A stretch of DNA of 64,000 nt from NCBI GenBank assembly GCA_038840695.1, contig JAWBVE010000002.1:28170-92169 (forward strand), given 5' to 3'. A model generated the notes under the pieces. That model was not told the DNA's origin. It did not search any database and saw nothing but the letters and a program-made list of their open reading frames with translations. Of this stretch, positions 9,783 through 19,477 are shown one piece after another. Numbering within the stretch: position 1 is the stretch's first letter; each line of letters opens with the position of its first letter. The position numbers were made by a program, and so were the translations under genes. Source of the DNA: Candidatus Pacearchaeota archaeon (lineage in GTDB: Archaea > Nanobdellota > Nanobdellia > Pacearchaeales > JAPDKA01).

Positions 9783-10391
9783 ATGCTTAAAGATAAAATG
9801 AAAAAAAGAGGGAGCAAAAAAAGCAAAAATAAGAAAGCTGCCTTCGAAATGTCGATTACGACGATAGTTATTCTCGTCATAGCCATGATAATGCTAATTC
9901 TCGGTATAATGCTTGTTAGGAAAATTATGTGCGGTGGCATGAATATTGCTGAAGAAACATTGCAGGGAGCAAAGAGCCAGATTAGCAAATTATTTTCAGA
10001 GCAAACAGGAGAGATAAGATGCGCTGGCAGTGCCGGATCAACAATTGTAACAATAGTTCCAGATAGACCAAATGTTGTTGGATGTTTATATTCCCCTGAT
10101 GTAACTACTACATATACATTAAACATTCAAGATGCTAACTTTAAGCCTAAACTTGGAAATCCTCAAAAAGCTGACCTTTGGTTCGTAACAAAAACAAATA
10201 CAAAAACTGTAGTTGCAGGAAGTTCTGATGTTGGAGGAGTTATAGTAAGGCCTCCGAAAGGAACTCCTGCTGGTGATTTGATTGTTACAGTCGAAATAAC
10301 GAAAAGCACGTCGCAACCAGGGGAAAAATATACAGATACATTAACATTTGAAGTTAAAAGCCTTGGCTTCTTGAGAGAAACTGCTTGTTAA
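9783..10391 (+). CDS. Archaeal pilin-like protein with class III signal peptide
   Basis: Basic leader, then KKAA/FEMSITTIVILVIA hydrophobic helix. Confidence 0.7.
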   Translation: MLKDKMKKRGSKKSKNKKAAFEMSITTIVILVIAMIMLILGIMLVRKIMCGGMNIAEETLQGAKSQISKLFSEQTGEIRCAGSAGSTIVTIVPDRPNVVGCLYSPDVTTTYTLNIQDANFKPKLGNPQKADLWFVTKTNTKTVVAGSSDVGGVIVRPPKGTPAGDLIVTVEITKSTSQPGEKYTDTLTFEVKSLGFLRETAC

Positions 10392-10432
10392 TGCTTTGAT
10401 TAAATTTTTAACTTCTTAAATTTTCTTGAATA

Positions 10433-11911
10433 ATGCTAAAGCTCTATAACACGCTCAGCAAGAGGCTTGAAATATTTAAGCCACTTAGAGATAAAGAGGT
10501 TAGAATTTATTCTTGTGGCCCGACTGTTTATGATCACCCGCATATAGGCAACTATAGAGCTTTTGTTTTTGTTGATTTGTTAAAGCGTTATTTGCTTTGG
10601 AAAGGCTATCGAGTTAGGCATGTAATGAATATAACTGATGTCGATGATAAGATAATAAAGAAAGTCAATGAAAGTGGAAAAAGTCTGAAAGAAATAACGC
10701 GCTTTTACGAGGCAGAATTTAAAAGAGGCCTTAAAGAGCTTAATTGTATTCTTGCTGATTTTTATCCTAGAGCTACAGAGCATATAGCTGAGATGCAGGC
10801 CTTAATACAAAAATTACTCGATAGAGGCTATGCATACTTGAGTGAGGATGGTATCTATTATGATATCTCAAAGTTTAAGGACTATGGTAAGCTTTCTGGG
10901 CTAGATATTGCTAAGCTAAAAGCTGGCGCGCGAGTTGCTGTGCAAGAATATAGCAAAGAGCAGGCATCTGATTTTGTGCTTTGGAAGGCTTGGCGTGAAG
11001 AGGATGGCTCTATATTTTGGCAGCCCGAATTTGTGATTGATGGCAAAAAAATAAAAATAAAAGGCAGGCCAGGATGGCATATTGAATGTAGTGCGATGAG
11101 CATGAAATATCTCGGAGAAAGCTTTGATATTCATAGCGGTGGCATTGATTTAATTTTCCCACATCACGAGAATGAAATTGCTCAGAGCGAGGCTGCAACC
11201 GGCAAACGGTTTGTCAAGTACTGGCTTCACAATGCCCATTTGATTGTTGAAGGCAAAAAGATGTCAAAAAGCCTTGGCAACTATTATACATTAAAGGATT
11301 TGTTGGAGAAAGGCTATAATGGGGCTGAAATAAGATATGTGCTGCTTGCCTGCCATTATCGTGAGGAGCTCAATTTCAAATTTTCTGAGCTCGAGGCTGC
11401 AAGAAGAAGTATTGGCCATATAATTGAAACACTTGAAAGACTTGGCCAGGTTGGGAAGAAAGAAGTTAGAAAAAAAGGCAAAAAGAAAAATGAAGGACAA
11501 GGTGCGGAAGGTGTGGCAGATCTTATAAAGAAAGCGAGAGAAGAATTTGAAAAGGCTTTTGATGTCGATTTAAATGCTCCTAAGGCATTAAGCGTTTTCT
11601 TTAGCTTTATTAGAGAAACAAATAAGCTAATCGATGCAGGCTTGTTAAATAAAAAAGAGGCAAAGTTGTTGATGAAATTTATTTATGAAATTGATAGGGT
11701 ATTTGGGATTGGTTTTGAGAAGTTATATAAAAGTAAAAAAAAGCTTAGGATTCCGAGAAAGATAAGAGAGCTTGTAGAGAAAAGAGAAAAAGCAAGAAAG
11801 GCTAGAAATTTTGAATTAGCTGATAGGCTAAGGCAGGAGATAAAGGAGCTTGGCTGGTGGGTTGATGATACGCCCATCGGGCCAAAAATAAAAAAGCTAA
11901 GCGAGAATTGA
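10433..11911 (+). CDS. cysS: Cysteinyl-tRNA synthetase
   Basis: CGPTVYD, HIGN, GRPGWHIECSAM, FPHHENE and KMSKS motifs. Confidence 0.97.
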   Translation: MLKLYNTLSKRLEIFKPLRDKEVRIYSCGPTVYDHPHIGNYRAFVFVDLLKRYLLWKGYRVRHVMNITDVDDKIIKKVNESGKSLKEITRFYEAEFKRGLKELNCILADFYPRATEHIAEMQALIQKLLDRGYAYLSEDGIYYDISKFKDYGKLSGLDIAKLKAGARVAVQEYSKEQASDFVLWKAWREEDGSIFWQPEFVIDGKKIKIKGRPGWHIECSAMSMKYLGESFDIHSGGIDLIFPHHENEIAQSEAATGKRFVKYWLHNAHLIVEGKKMSKSLGNYYTLKDLLEKGYNGAEIRYVLLACHYREELNFKFSELEAARRSIGHIIETLERLGQVGKKEVRKKGKKKNEGQGAEGVADLIKKAREEFEKAFDVDLNAPKALSVFFSFIRETNKLIDAGLLNKKEAKLLMKFIYEIDRVFGIGFEKLYKSKKKLRIPRKIRELVEKREKARKARNFELADRLRQEIKELGWWVDDTPIGPKIKKLSEN

Positions 11912-11921
11912 ATAATATGAA

Positions 11922-12620
11922 ATGATATGCCCAAACTGTAAAAAACAAACTTTAACTTCTGATCTAGGAGCAATAAGTGGTAAGTGGATATGCAAGAATT
12001 GTGGCTATAGCGGACCAATTGCACTAGAGCCAGAACAAAAGTTCAGGCGCTTTCTTACAAGCAATGGAGTTGTTGTGCTTTGTGGCAAGAGTGCTGAGCA
12101 AAATGAGTTACTAATAAAAGATTTTACAGCGCCGAATGAGCTAGTAGTTCATACTGCCCTGCCAGGAAGCCCATTTTGTGTGCTAAAGACGGAAAAGCCA
12201 AGGCTCAAAGATATAAAGGAAGCTGCAAGCATTTGTGCATGCTTTAGCAAACAATGGAAAGCAAAAAAAAGCTCTGCTTGCGTGCATGTCTTTTATGGCA
12301 GAGATATTTATAAAGAGAAGGGCATGCCACTCGGCACATTTGGTGTAAAAAAAATTGCAAAAGAGATGAATGTAAAACTAGAGCTCTATGTTAATGTTAA
12401 TAAAAGCAATAAGCTATTTGTGGCACCATACAAAAGCAAAGTTATTGCTATACTAAAGCCTGGAAAACTTACGAGGGAACAAGTAGTTAAGGAAATATTA
12501 AGGTTTTCTGGGCTCGAGATTGAGAATCCAGAGCTGATTCCGAATAATGCGGCTATAATTAAGAAAGGAGAAAAGAAAGAGGAAAAGAAAAAGGAGAAAA
12601 GGAAAAATAGCAAGAAATGA
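11922..12620 (+). CDS. Zn ribbon plus NFACT-R (DUF814) RNA-binding domain protein
   Basis: CPNC...CKNCG; GKSAEQNE..., HTALPGSPF and EAASICACFSKQWK motifs. Confidence 0.75.
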   Translation: MICPNCKKQTLTSDLGAISGKWICKNCGYSGPIALEPEQKFRRFLTSNGVVVLCGKSAEQNELLIKDFTAPNELVVHTALPGSPFCVLKTEKPRLKDIKEAASICACFSKQWKAKKSSACVHVFYGRDIYKEKGMPLGTFGVKKIAKEMNVKLELYVNVNKSNKLFVAPYKSKVIAILKPGKLTREQVVKEILRFSGLEIENPELIPNNAAIIKKGEKKEEKKKEKRKNSKK

Positions 12621-12868
12621 GAAAATTTGTGAAAGCTGTGAAATTTCAGTTAGGAAAAGCAGGATTGAGCAGTGGATTTATTGAAAATCTAGCAAAAAGC
12701 TTTAAAAAAAGAGATCTCGTTAGGATTAATGTCCTTAGAAGCCATTCGAGGGATAGAGAAGAAATAAAAAAAGAAGCAAATAAAATTTGTTCAGAGCTTA
12801 GGGCAATAATAGGAAAGGACTTTAAAGCAAGAATAATTGGCTTCACAATCATAATAAAAAAACAATAA
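12617..12868 (+). CDS. YhbY/CRM-domain RNA-binding protein
   Basis: FQLGKAGL...DLVRINVL...IIGFTII pattern; upstream of S19e. Confidence 0.75.
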   Translation: MRKFVKAVKFQLGKAGLSSGFIENLAKSFKKRDLVRINVLRSHSRDREEIKKEANKICSELRAIIGKDFKARIIGFTIIIKKQ

Positions 12869-12955
12869 AACAAAAAAAGAAAAAAAGGAAGGAAGAAAAA
12901 AAGAAGAAAAAATAAAAAAGAAAAAAATAAGAAAAAAAGAAAAGAAAAAAGTAAA

Positions 12956-13384
12956 ATGGCAAAGGTGCTTGATGTTGAACCACAAAAATTTATAACTGAG
13001 TTAGCAACAAAGCTAAAAGGCATAAAAGAGTTTGAAATGCCCCAATGGGCAATGTTTGTAAAAACAAGCTCTGGAGCTGAAAGGCCGCCATTAAGTAAGG
13101 ATTGGTGGTATTATAGAGCTGCGAGCATCTTAAGAAAACTCTATCTAAAGGGCACTATAGGAGTTTCAAGATTGAGAAGATGTTATAAAAGGAAGAAAAA
13201 AGGAAAGGCGTGGCCTGCTAGGCCCTATCTTGGAAGTGGCAAGATAATTAGAGAAATATTAAAGCAGGCTGAAAAGGCTGGACTTGTGGAAAAGCTAGAA
13301 AAGCCAAAAAAAGGTCGAGCACTAACAAAAAAAGGTGTAAGCTTTCTTGAAGGCCTGGCAACTGAAATAGTAAAGAAAAAATAA
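12956..13384 (+). CDS. rps19e: 30S ribosomal protein S19e
   Basis: PQWAMFVKT, WWYYRAASILRKLY and GRALT motifs. Confidence 0.95.
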   Translation: MAKVLDVEPQKFITELATKLKGIKEFEMPQWAMFVKTSSGAERPPLSKDWWYYRAASILRKLYLKGTIGVSRLRRCYKRKKKGKAWPARPYLGSGKIIREILKQAEKAGLVEKLEKPKKGRALTKKGVSFLEGLATEIVKKK

Positions 13385-13389
13385 TTAAA

Positions 13390-13620
13390 ATGAGCAAACA
13401 AAAAAGTTTTGAGCTAAAAATAAGGCTTTCAAAGTTAGGCAAGAGAACAAGATGGGCACCTATTTTCTCTATATTAAGAAAGCATGGTCTTGGCAAGAGA
13501 ATTCATCCAAGCCAGCTCACAAGAGTAAAGAGGCATTGGAGAAGAAAAAAAATAGAAGAAAAACAAAAGAGATTTGAAAAGAGAAAAATAAAATCTGGAA
13601 AAAAGCAGAAAAAATATTAA
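13390..13620 (+). CDS. rpl39e: 50S ribosomal protein L39e
   Basis: K.RL.K..K...WAP and RHWRR motifs; lies between S19e and L31e. Confidence 0.85.
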   Translation: MSKQKSFELKIRLSKLGKRTRWAPIFSILRKHGLGKRIHPSQLTRVKRHWRRKKIEEKQKRFEKRKIKSGKKQKKY

Positions 13621-13645
13621 GTAAAATATAAAAATAAAAAATAGA

Positions 13646-14101
13646 ATGGAGGAGAAAATTTTTGTTGTAAATCTTGCAAAAGGATGGAAAAAAGCGCCTT
13701 ATTGGAAAAGAGCAAAGAAAAGCATTGCATGGCTTAGAGAGTTCGTTGCAAAACAAATGAAAATTAAGGCTTCGGATGTTAAAATTGATGGCTGGCTAAA
13801 TTCTGAGATCTGGAAAAGAGGCATCTCCAATCCGCCGAGAAAAATTAGAGTTAAAGTAATAAAAGACGAAAAAGGAATTCGTGTTGAGTTATTTGAAAAG
13901 CCAAAAAAAGCAATTAAGGCTGAGAAGAAGGCTATAGAAAAGGCAAAGAAAAAAGTTGAAAAAGAAAAAAAGGAGAAAAAGGAAGAAGAAAAGGAGGAAA
14001 AAAAGGAAGCTGAAGAAAAAGCGAAAACTGAAAAGAGAGAGGAGGAAAAAATTGAGATTGAAGATGATGCTAAGGAAGCGAGGGAAAAAGTAAAAAGATG
14101 A
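13646..14101 (+). CDS. rpl31e: 50S ribosomal protein L31e with K/E-rich tail
   Basis: KRAKK...LREFV, LNSEIWKRG..NPPRKIRV motifs. Confidence 0.92.
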   Translation: MEEKIFVVNLAKGWKKAPYWKRAKKSIAWLREFVAKQMKIKASDVKIDGWLNSEIWKRGISNPPRKIRVKVIKDEKGIRVELFEKPKKAIKAEKKAIEKAKKKVEKEKKEKKEEEKEEKKEAEEKAKTEKREEEKIEIEDDAKEAREKVKR

Positions 14102-14886
14102 ATGAACAAGTAGTTGAAAAAAGCGGGATTGTTTTCTTGGATAAGCCGTATGGCATAAGTAGCCATCATGCTACTCAGCTAGTAAAAAAAATTCTCAATG
14201 CAAAAAAAGCTGGCCACACAGGAACTTTAGATGAGAAAGTGACTGGGCTATTGATTGTGCTCATAAATAAAGCAACACGGCTTGCATGGCTCTTCAATCT
14301 TGACAAAAGCTATGTCGGAGTTGCAAGGCTTCATGCTGATGTAAGCTTAAATAAGCTAAGAGCTTCTTGCAAGAGATTTATTGGCAAAATAGAGCAACTT
14401 CCGCCGCGACGTTCTGTTGTTGCAAGAAAATTGAGGCAGAGAGAGATTTATGAATTTAAAATTGTTGAAAAAGCTGGAAGAGATTTTCTTTTTAAAGTTA
14501 GGTGCCAGGCCGGTACATACATAAGAAAGCTTATTCACGATCTTGGTCAAGATCTTGGCGGGGCTCATATGCTCGAGCTAAGGCGAATTGCTATTGGGCC
14601 ATTCAAAGAAAGCTCTGCTGTTACACTTTATGAGCTAGAAAAAAATCCTAAGCTAATACCTGCAGAAAAAGTTCTGTCGAGGATTTATAAAAGCGTAGCT
14701 CTAAGCAAGGCCCAAGCAAAAAGATTTTGCAATGGTAGCTGGATTTGGCTAAATGATTTAAAAGTTAAAAATGTGAAAAGCTTAAAGGAAGGGGAGATTA
14801 TTCTTACATTTTATAAAAAAAAGTTTCTTGGAATTGGAATAGTTCAGGCTAGCCAAATCCGGCCAAAAACTATACTCTCTATCTAA
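14098..14886 (+). CDS. cbf5: Pseudouridine synthase Cbf5/TruB family
   Basis: LDKP.G.SSH, GHTGTLD, GTYIRKL.HDLG and ELRR motifs; PUA-like C-terminus. Confidence 0.9.
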   Translation: MNEQVVEKSGIVFLDKPYGISSHHATQLVKKILNAKKAGHTGTLDEKVTGLLIVLINKATRLAWLFNLDKSYVGVARLHADVSLNKLRASCKRFIGKIEQLPPRRSVVARKLRQREIYEFKIVEKAGRDFLFKVRCQAGTYIRKLIHDLGQDLGGAHMLELRRIAIGPFKESSAVTLYELEKNPKLIPAEKVLSRIYKSVALSKAQAKRFCNGSWIWLNDLKVKNVKSLKEGEIILTFYKKKFLGIGIVQASQIRPKTILSI

Positions 14887-15082
14887 TTTTTATAATCTCA
14901 TACGAGTCAGAATAAACTGCTATCTGTGCCACTGGTACTTCCTCACCTTTTAAAGGATCCTTTTTATATACTACTGGCAAGCGATTGCCCTCAATTTTTT
15001 TCAATTTTGCTTCATCCCCAAAATATTCTCTTACTATTTCTGTAAGCTTCTCTTCGAGGGAACTGAATTTTTTTCTGTCCAT
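14879..15082 (-). CDS. Small hypothetical protein
   Basis: 67-aa ORF with a TTTATAAA box about 25 nt upstream on the minus strand. Confidence 0.55.
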   Translation of the reverse strand: MDRKKFSSLEEKLTEIVREYFGDEAKLKKIEGNRLPVVYKKDPLKGEEVPVAQIAVYSDSYEIIKIR

Positions 15083-15217
15083 TAAAAAAATACGAATTTT
15101 TTGTAATTTATAAACTTTTTCAAATAAGAAAAATAATAAAAAAATAAAAAAGAAGAAAAAAAATTCTGCGAAAAACTAGTAACTTAGCCTCAACTTGATA
15201 ACTTGACAACTTGACAT

Positions 15218-15382
15218 TTACCACTCCTCATCAAAGCTTTCTTCTTCGCTCTCCTCCTCTATATCAAAATCCTCTTCCTCGTTTTCTTCTTCCTCTTCTT
15301 CCTCTTCTTCCTCGTTTTCTTCTTCAGCCTCTTCTTCTTCCCCTTCTTCCCAGATATCTTCCTCAAAATTCTTTTTTGCCAT
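15218..15382 (-). CDS. Very acidic 54-aa protein (not in ORF track)
   Basis: Manual translation MAKKNFEEDIWEEGEEEE...SFDEEW; TTTAAA box about 25 nt upstream. Confidence 0.6.
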   Translation of the reverse strand: MAKKNFEEDIWEEGEEEEAEEENEEEEEEEEEENEEEDFDIEEESEEESFDEEW

Positions 15383-15462
15383 AGCCTAACTTAAAAAAAG
15401 CCTTTTTAAACTTTACGGCAGCTTTTAACTAACTTGTTGGCTAAGTTGTTTGGGCTAGCCCT

Positions 15463-15699
15463 TTAACTTCTCTTTTCACTTTCAGGCTCTTTCTGCTCTT
15501 TTCCTATTTTAGCTTGCTTTTCTTCCTTTTCTCCTCCCAACTTTATTCCTTTCTCTTCAAAAAAGCAAGATTTGCACAACACTCTCATTCCTTCTCTTGG
15601 CTTAAACGGAACTTTTCCCGGTTTACCGCACTTCGAACAAGTTATTTTGTACATTTGCCGAGCAAATTTTTTTCCAAAACCTTTTCTTTTAGGCTCCAT
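15463..15699 (-). CDS. CxxC-x17-CxxC zinc-ribbon protein
   Basis: MYKITCSKCGKPGKVPFKPREGMRVLCKSCF. Confidence 0.85.
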   Translation of the reverse strand: MEPKRKGFGKKFARQMYKITCSKCGKPGKVPFKPREGMRVLCKSCFFEEKGIKLGGEKEEKQAKIGKEQKEPESEKRS

Positions 15700-15922
15700 A
15701 TTATTTTTCTATTATTTGTCATTTATTTGCAAAGAATTCTTCAGAAAACCCAAAGAATTCTTTTTTGTCTTTTTTATCTTTTTTTATTGCTAGTGGCTTT
15801 ATAAATCTATCTTTATAAATCTATTTATGCTTGCTTATTGCTACTTTGCTGCTCTGCCTATACTTCAAACTTTGCTTATATTTCAAAATAACATTTTTAA
15901 AAAAAGCATTTTTTTGTTATTT

Positions 15923-16495
15923 ATGAAAGAATTAATAGCTCTCTTCGATTTAGATGATACGCTTGTTGATTATGCAAAAGTTCTGCGCAAAGATTTAGAG
16001 AAAATGAGATGTCCTAGTGAGCCTAAAATTAAATATGTGCATGGCAAACTTCCACGCTATATTAAGAAAAGAATAAATTTTATCAAGAGCTCTGAGGACT
16101 GGTGGGCAAATCTCCCAAAAAGAAAGCTTGGTTGGGATATTTTGAAAGTAGTCAAAAAAATGGGATTTCGTGTGATTATTTTATCTAAGACCCCTGAAGT
16201 TGGTCCGCCGGGCTTTGGTGGTAAAAAGCGATGGATAGAAAAAAATCTAGGCAAGGAGACTGAAGTAATTTTAGCTTCAGATAAAGGACTAGTTTATGGA
16301 AAAGTATTAGTTGATGATAGCCCAATATTTATAAAAAGATGGCTTGCGCATAGGCCGCGCGGGCTTGTTATAATGCCTGCCACTTCTGAAAATAAAGGAT
16401 TTACTCATCCACAAGTGATAAGATATAATGGAAAAAATCTCGAGCAAATAAAAAAGGCTCTGAAAAAAGTTAAATTAGTTGCTTTAAAGCGATAG
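15923..16495 (+). CDS. HAD-family 5'(3')-deoxyribonucleotidase-like protein
   Basis: FDLDDTLVD motif I, KKRWIEK and DK...GKVLVDD motifs; ATG at 15923 preferred. Confidence 0.75.
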   Translation: MKELIALFDLDDTLVDYAKVLRKDLEKMRCPSEPKIKYVHGKLPRYIKKRINFIKSSEDWWANLPKRKLGWDILKVVKKMGFRVIILSKTPEVGPPGFGGKKRWIEKNLGKETEVILASDKGLVYGKVLVDDSPIFIKRWLAHRPRGLVIMPATSENKGFTHPQVIRYNGKNLEQIKKALKKVKLVALKR

Positions 16496-16519
16496 GCAAT
16501 TGCTAAGTTTTAATCTAAC

Positions 16520-17341
16520 ATGCTAGACTTTAAGCTTGCTGAATTCATTAATCAAATTAGTCCATCGATGAGCAGTGAAAGGCTAATTGAGCTAACTCTA
16601 GAATTTATTTATAAAAAATTTGGACTTGCTGGCTATAGCTTTAATTCAATGCTGAAGGGAAAAGCAACAAGCAAAAAAGCAATTTTCCTATTTAGTAATT
16701 TAATGCTTGAGTTATTCTTTAATAAAAAACCATCACACAAAGTGACTAAAGAGATTGAGCTCATTCTTGCGCTTGCAGAAAAATTTGTTGCTTATGCTGA
16801 AAGCCTTCAACGCTCGAAGAGCTTTGCAACAACAGATAGGCTGACTGGGCTTTTTAATAAGGCTTATTTTATGGGCATCTTAAAAAATATGAAAGCAAGG
16901 CGTGAGCACTTCTGCCTTGCTCTTCTCGATCTTGACAATTTTAAGCGATTTAATGATAGATTTGGTCATCAACAAGGAGATGCATTCTTGCAAGAGCTTG
17001 GCAAGATAATAAAAGAGAATCTAAAGCATGGCGAATTTGCATGTCGTTATGGTGGGGAGGAATTTTGCATAATTTTAAAAAGTAATCTAAAAGAGGCTTA
17101 TTTAAGAATTGATGCACTAAGAAAAAGGATAGCCAACATAAATGGAATTATAACTGCATCAATAGGCTTGGTTGAATCAAGTGATAGCTATGACTTTACT
17201 GAGATTGTGAGAAAAGCTGATGAATTAATGTATAGGGCAAAGAAAACTGGTAAAAATAAAGTTTGTATCGAAAGTAAGAAAGAGGGCTTTTTTTCGAGAA
17301 TAATTAGATTAATAAAAAATAAAAACTTAAAACAAACCTAA
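16520..17341 (+). CDS. GGDEF-domain diguanylate cyclase
   Basis: TDRLTGLFN, DLDNFKRFNDRFGH..GD, RYGGEEF, TASIG and AD..MY.AK..GKN motifs. Confidence 0.92.
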   Translation: MLDFKLAEFINQISPSMSSERLIELTLEFIYKKFGLAGYSFNSMLKGKATSKKAIFLFSNLMLELFFNKKPSHKVTKEIELILALAEKFVAYAESLQRSKSFATTDRLTGLFNKAYFMGILKNMKARREHFCLALLDLDNFKRFNDRFGHQQGDAFLQELGKIIKENLKHGEFACRYGGEEFCIILKSNLKEAYLRIDALRKRIANINGIITASIGLVESSDSYDFTEIVRKADELMYRAKKTGKNKVCIESKKEGFFSRIIRLIKNKNLKQT

Positions 17342-17919
17342 AAATTAAAACTTAGCTGTCTTTGTCGCTGGGCCTCTAGACTTTCTAAAATCTTATTAAT
17401 CAAATTGTAGAGATTCTTTTTTGTCTTTTCCATTTCTCCAGCTAGTAATTTGTACATTACATTATGAAGATCTTCTCTTATTCCTTTGTTGCATGTTGTT
17501 GGGCTAAATTCTGAGAATATCACACTGTATTTTGCCTCGTAAAGAATTGCCTTCTCGTGTAAAGGTAAACGACTATTCTTTGAACACTTTGGTGAGCAGA
17601 AGACATAATCAGTTGATACTCCTATATCTGCGATTGGCTTAGCCTTTCCACGGCTGCGACTACCATAGCCGCTATACCCATAGCTATACTCAACAACTAT
17701 GCTTAAATATTCTGCAGGATTGCAACAATTGGGATTTTGGCATTTTATCTTGCTTTCAAAATTATCTAAAGCATAAATTATCTTTTCCATTCGTGCCTTC
17801 CATCTATCTGGAAGATTTCCATTTTCATAAAGCCACCTAAAGCTTGGATAGTCAGTAACTGCGAGTTGCTCGAGAGATTTTCCTCGCCACTTACCAGATC
17901 TAAATTCTAAAATATCCAT
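17338..17919 (-). CDS. Hypothetical protein with N-terminal F..GKW.GK motif and Cys cluster
   Basis: 193-aa ORF; FRSGKWRGKSLEQL...SFRWL; CQNPNCC...FCSPKC. Confidence 0.6.
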   Translation of the reverse strand: MDILEFRSGKWRGKSLEQLAVTDYPSFRWLYENGNLPDRWKARMEKIIYALDNFESKIKCQNPNCCNPAEYLSIVVEYSYGYSGYGSRSRGKAKPIADIGVSTDYVFCSPKCSKNSRLPLHEKAILYEAKYSVIFSEFSPTTCNKGIREDLHNVMYKLLAGEMEKTKKNLYNLINKILESLEAQRQRQLSFNF

Positions 17920-17991
17920 AATAAAAAATAGTTTTAAGATTTATAAATTTATCTTCTTTTAAGTGGCAAAAGCGAAAGCTGCAAATAAAGG

Positions 17992-18807
17992 CTATAGCTC
18001 AAGCTCATCAAGCTTTGTTCTGACTTTTTTATAGAGCTCATCAGTAATATGAGTATAAATCTGTGTTGTATCAAGGCTTTTATGGCCAAGCAGTACTTGG
18101 ATTGTTCTTATGTCAAGGCCAGATTCAAGCAAATGGGTTGCATAGCTATGCCTAAGCTTATGAGGAGTTACTTTTTTCCTTAGCCCCAGGCTTTTTGCAA
18201 GCTTGCTTAATATTTTTTGTATATTTCTTGCTGTTAGTGGCTTTTCCTTTGAAAATACATAAGCCCAGCCCTGTCTTGCTGAAAGCCATTCCTTAAGCTC
18301 CTCTCTAAGCTTTGAGGGCAAAAAAATACGCCTTTCTTTATTCCCCTTTCCTATAATGACTGCTTCACCCTTTTCAAGATCTAGTGCAGAAGGCTTCATG
18401 TTGACAAGTTCACTAACACGCATTCCAGTATAATAAAGCATCTTAATAATTAGTGCTGACTTCTTTGTTTTTGCAGCACTAATCATTTTGCTAATTTCAT
18501 CTCTGCTTAGCACTTCTGGAAGCCTTTCTGGCTTTTTTGGCCTTGCTATATTAGCCATTAGCTCCTTGCCAACAAGTCTTGAAGCAAAACGAACTGCTGC
18601 CATTGCCAAAATCATGGATGAATTTGACTTATCAGCCATACTTGCAAGCCATGCCTTAACATCATCCTCACTTATTTGCTCTGGCTCCTTTTTGCAAAAA
18701 TCGAGCAGCTTTGAAACAAAGTAAAGATAGTTTTTTATTGTAAGCTGGCTTTTCTTCTGTAGCTTAAGCTCTGTCTCAAGCTTTCTTAGGAATTCCTCTT
18801 TTTGCAT
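17992..18807 (-). CDS. xerA: XerA-like tyrosine recombinase
   Basis: N-terminal SAM-like domain; catalytic residues intact in TGMRVSEL, GKGNKER, HKLRHSYATH, LLGH and TTQIYT. Confidence 0.9.
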   Translation of the reverse strand: MQKEEFLRKLETELKLQKKSQLTIKNYLYFVSKLLDFCKKEPEQISEDDVKAWLASMADKSNSSMILAMAAVRFASRLVGKELMANIARPKKPERLPEVLSRDEISKMISAAKTKKSALIIKMLYYTGMRVSELVNMKPSALDLEKGEAVIIGKGNKERRIFLPSKLREELKEWLSARQGWAYVFSKEKPLTARNIQKILSKLAKSLGLRKKVTPHKLRHSYATHLLESGLDIRTIQVLLGHKSLDTTQIYTHITDELYKKVRTKLDELEL

Positions 18808-18870
18808 TCAATATAAAGCGAACTCTTTTTAAATTTTTTGAAAAGCCAAAACAAACATCAAGAACTTTCA

Positions 18871-18898
18871 TGTTCGTCTAATCTTTCTTATACGAACT
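18871..18898. other. dif-like Xer recombination site (11-6-11)
   Basis: TGTTCGTCTAA-TCTTTC-TTATACGAACT: inverted arms match at 9 of 11 positions, with TAA/TTA flanking a 6-bp spacer; about 65 bp upstream of xerA. Confidence 0.7.
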
Positions 18899-19477
18899 TT
18901 TCAAGCTCTTTTTACAGCTTCTTGCGGCTTGTTTTGGTATTTGCATGCTCGTCGTGCTCTGCTTGCAAAAATTTTTCAGCAAAAATTAAAAGTTTTAGCC
19001 TCTTTTAGCGACTTTGCTTGATTTTAGCTCTGCAATATGGCACTCTTCAAGATATTTTACTTGCTTGCCAATCACAAGGCCATGCTGCCACTCACTTTTT
19101 TCCGGCTACTTTCTAGCTACTGCTAGACTTCGTTTGTAGAGCTTTAGACCTACTACCAAACTTTTATTTCCAACTTCTTAAACCTTGGATCTTTCTTAAT
19201 TTCACTCACATCTAAACCTTGCGGCGCTATCCTTGCCTTACCTTGCCTTACATTGCAAACAAGAAATGTTGAGCTAGTTAAGTCAGTCATAGGGAGTGAT
19301 GTTATAATGAATAGATTTGCTGATTATTGACAAGGCAGGATAGCTTGCCGTTTAAGTCACTAGTAAGTGATAAAAAGGCTTTTTTCTTTATGTTAAAAGT
19401 TTTAAGCAAAGATTAAAAGTTTTTGCATCAACCGAAAAATTTTTATTCTTTTAAAATGAATATAATTATGTAAGAGG

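Noticed and set aside
18900-19470. Hidden gene or RNA in the xerA-HTH intergenic region
   Set aside because: No convincing ORF or extended pairing; only a short CCTTGCCTTA duplication at 19231-19250 and a strand-skew switch expected between divergent genes.
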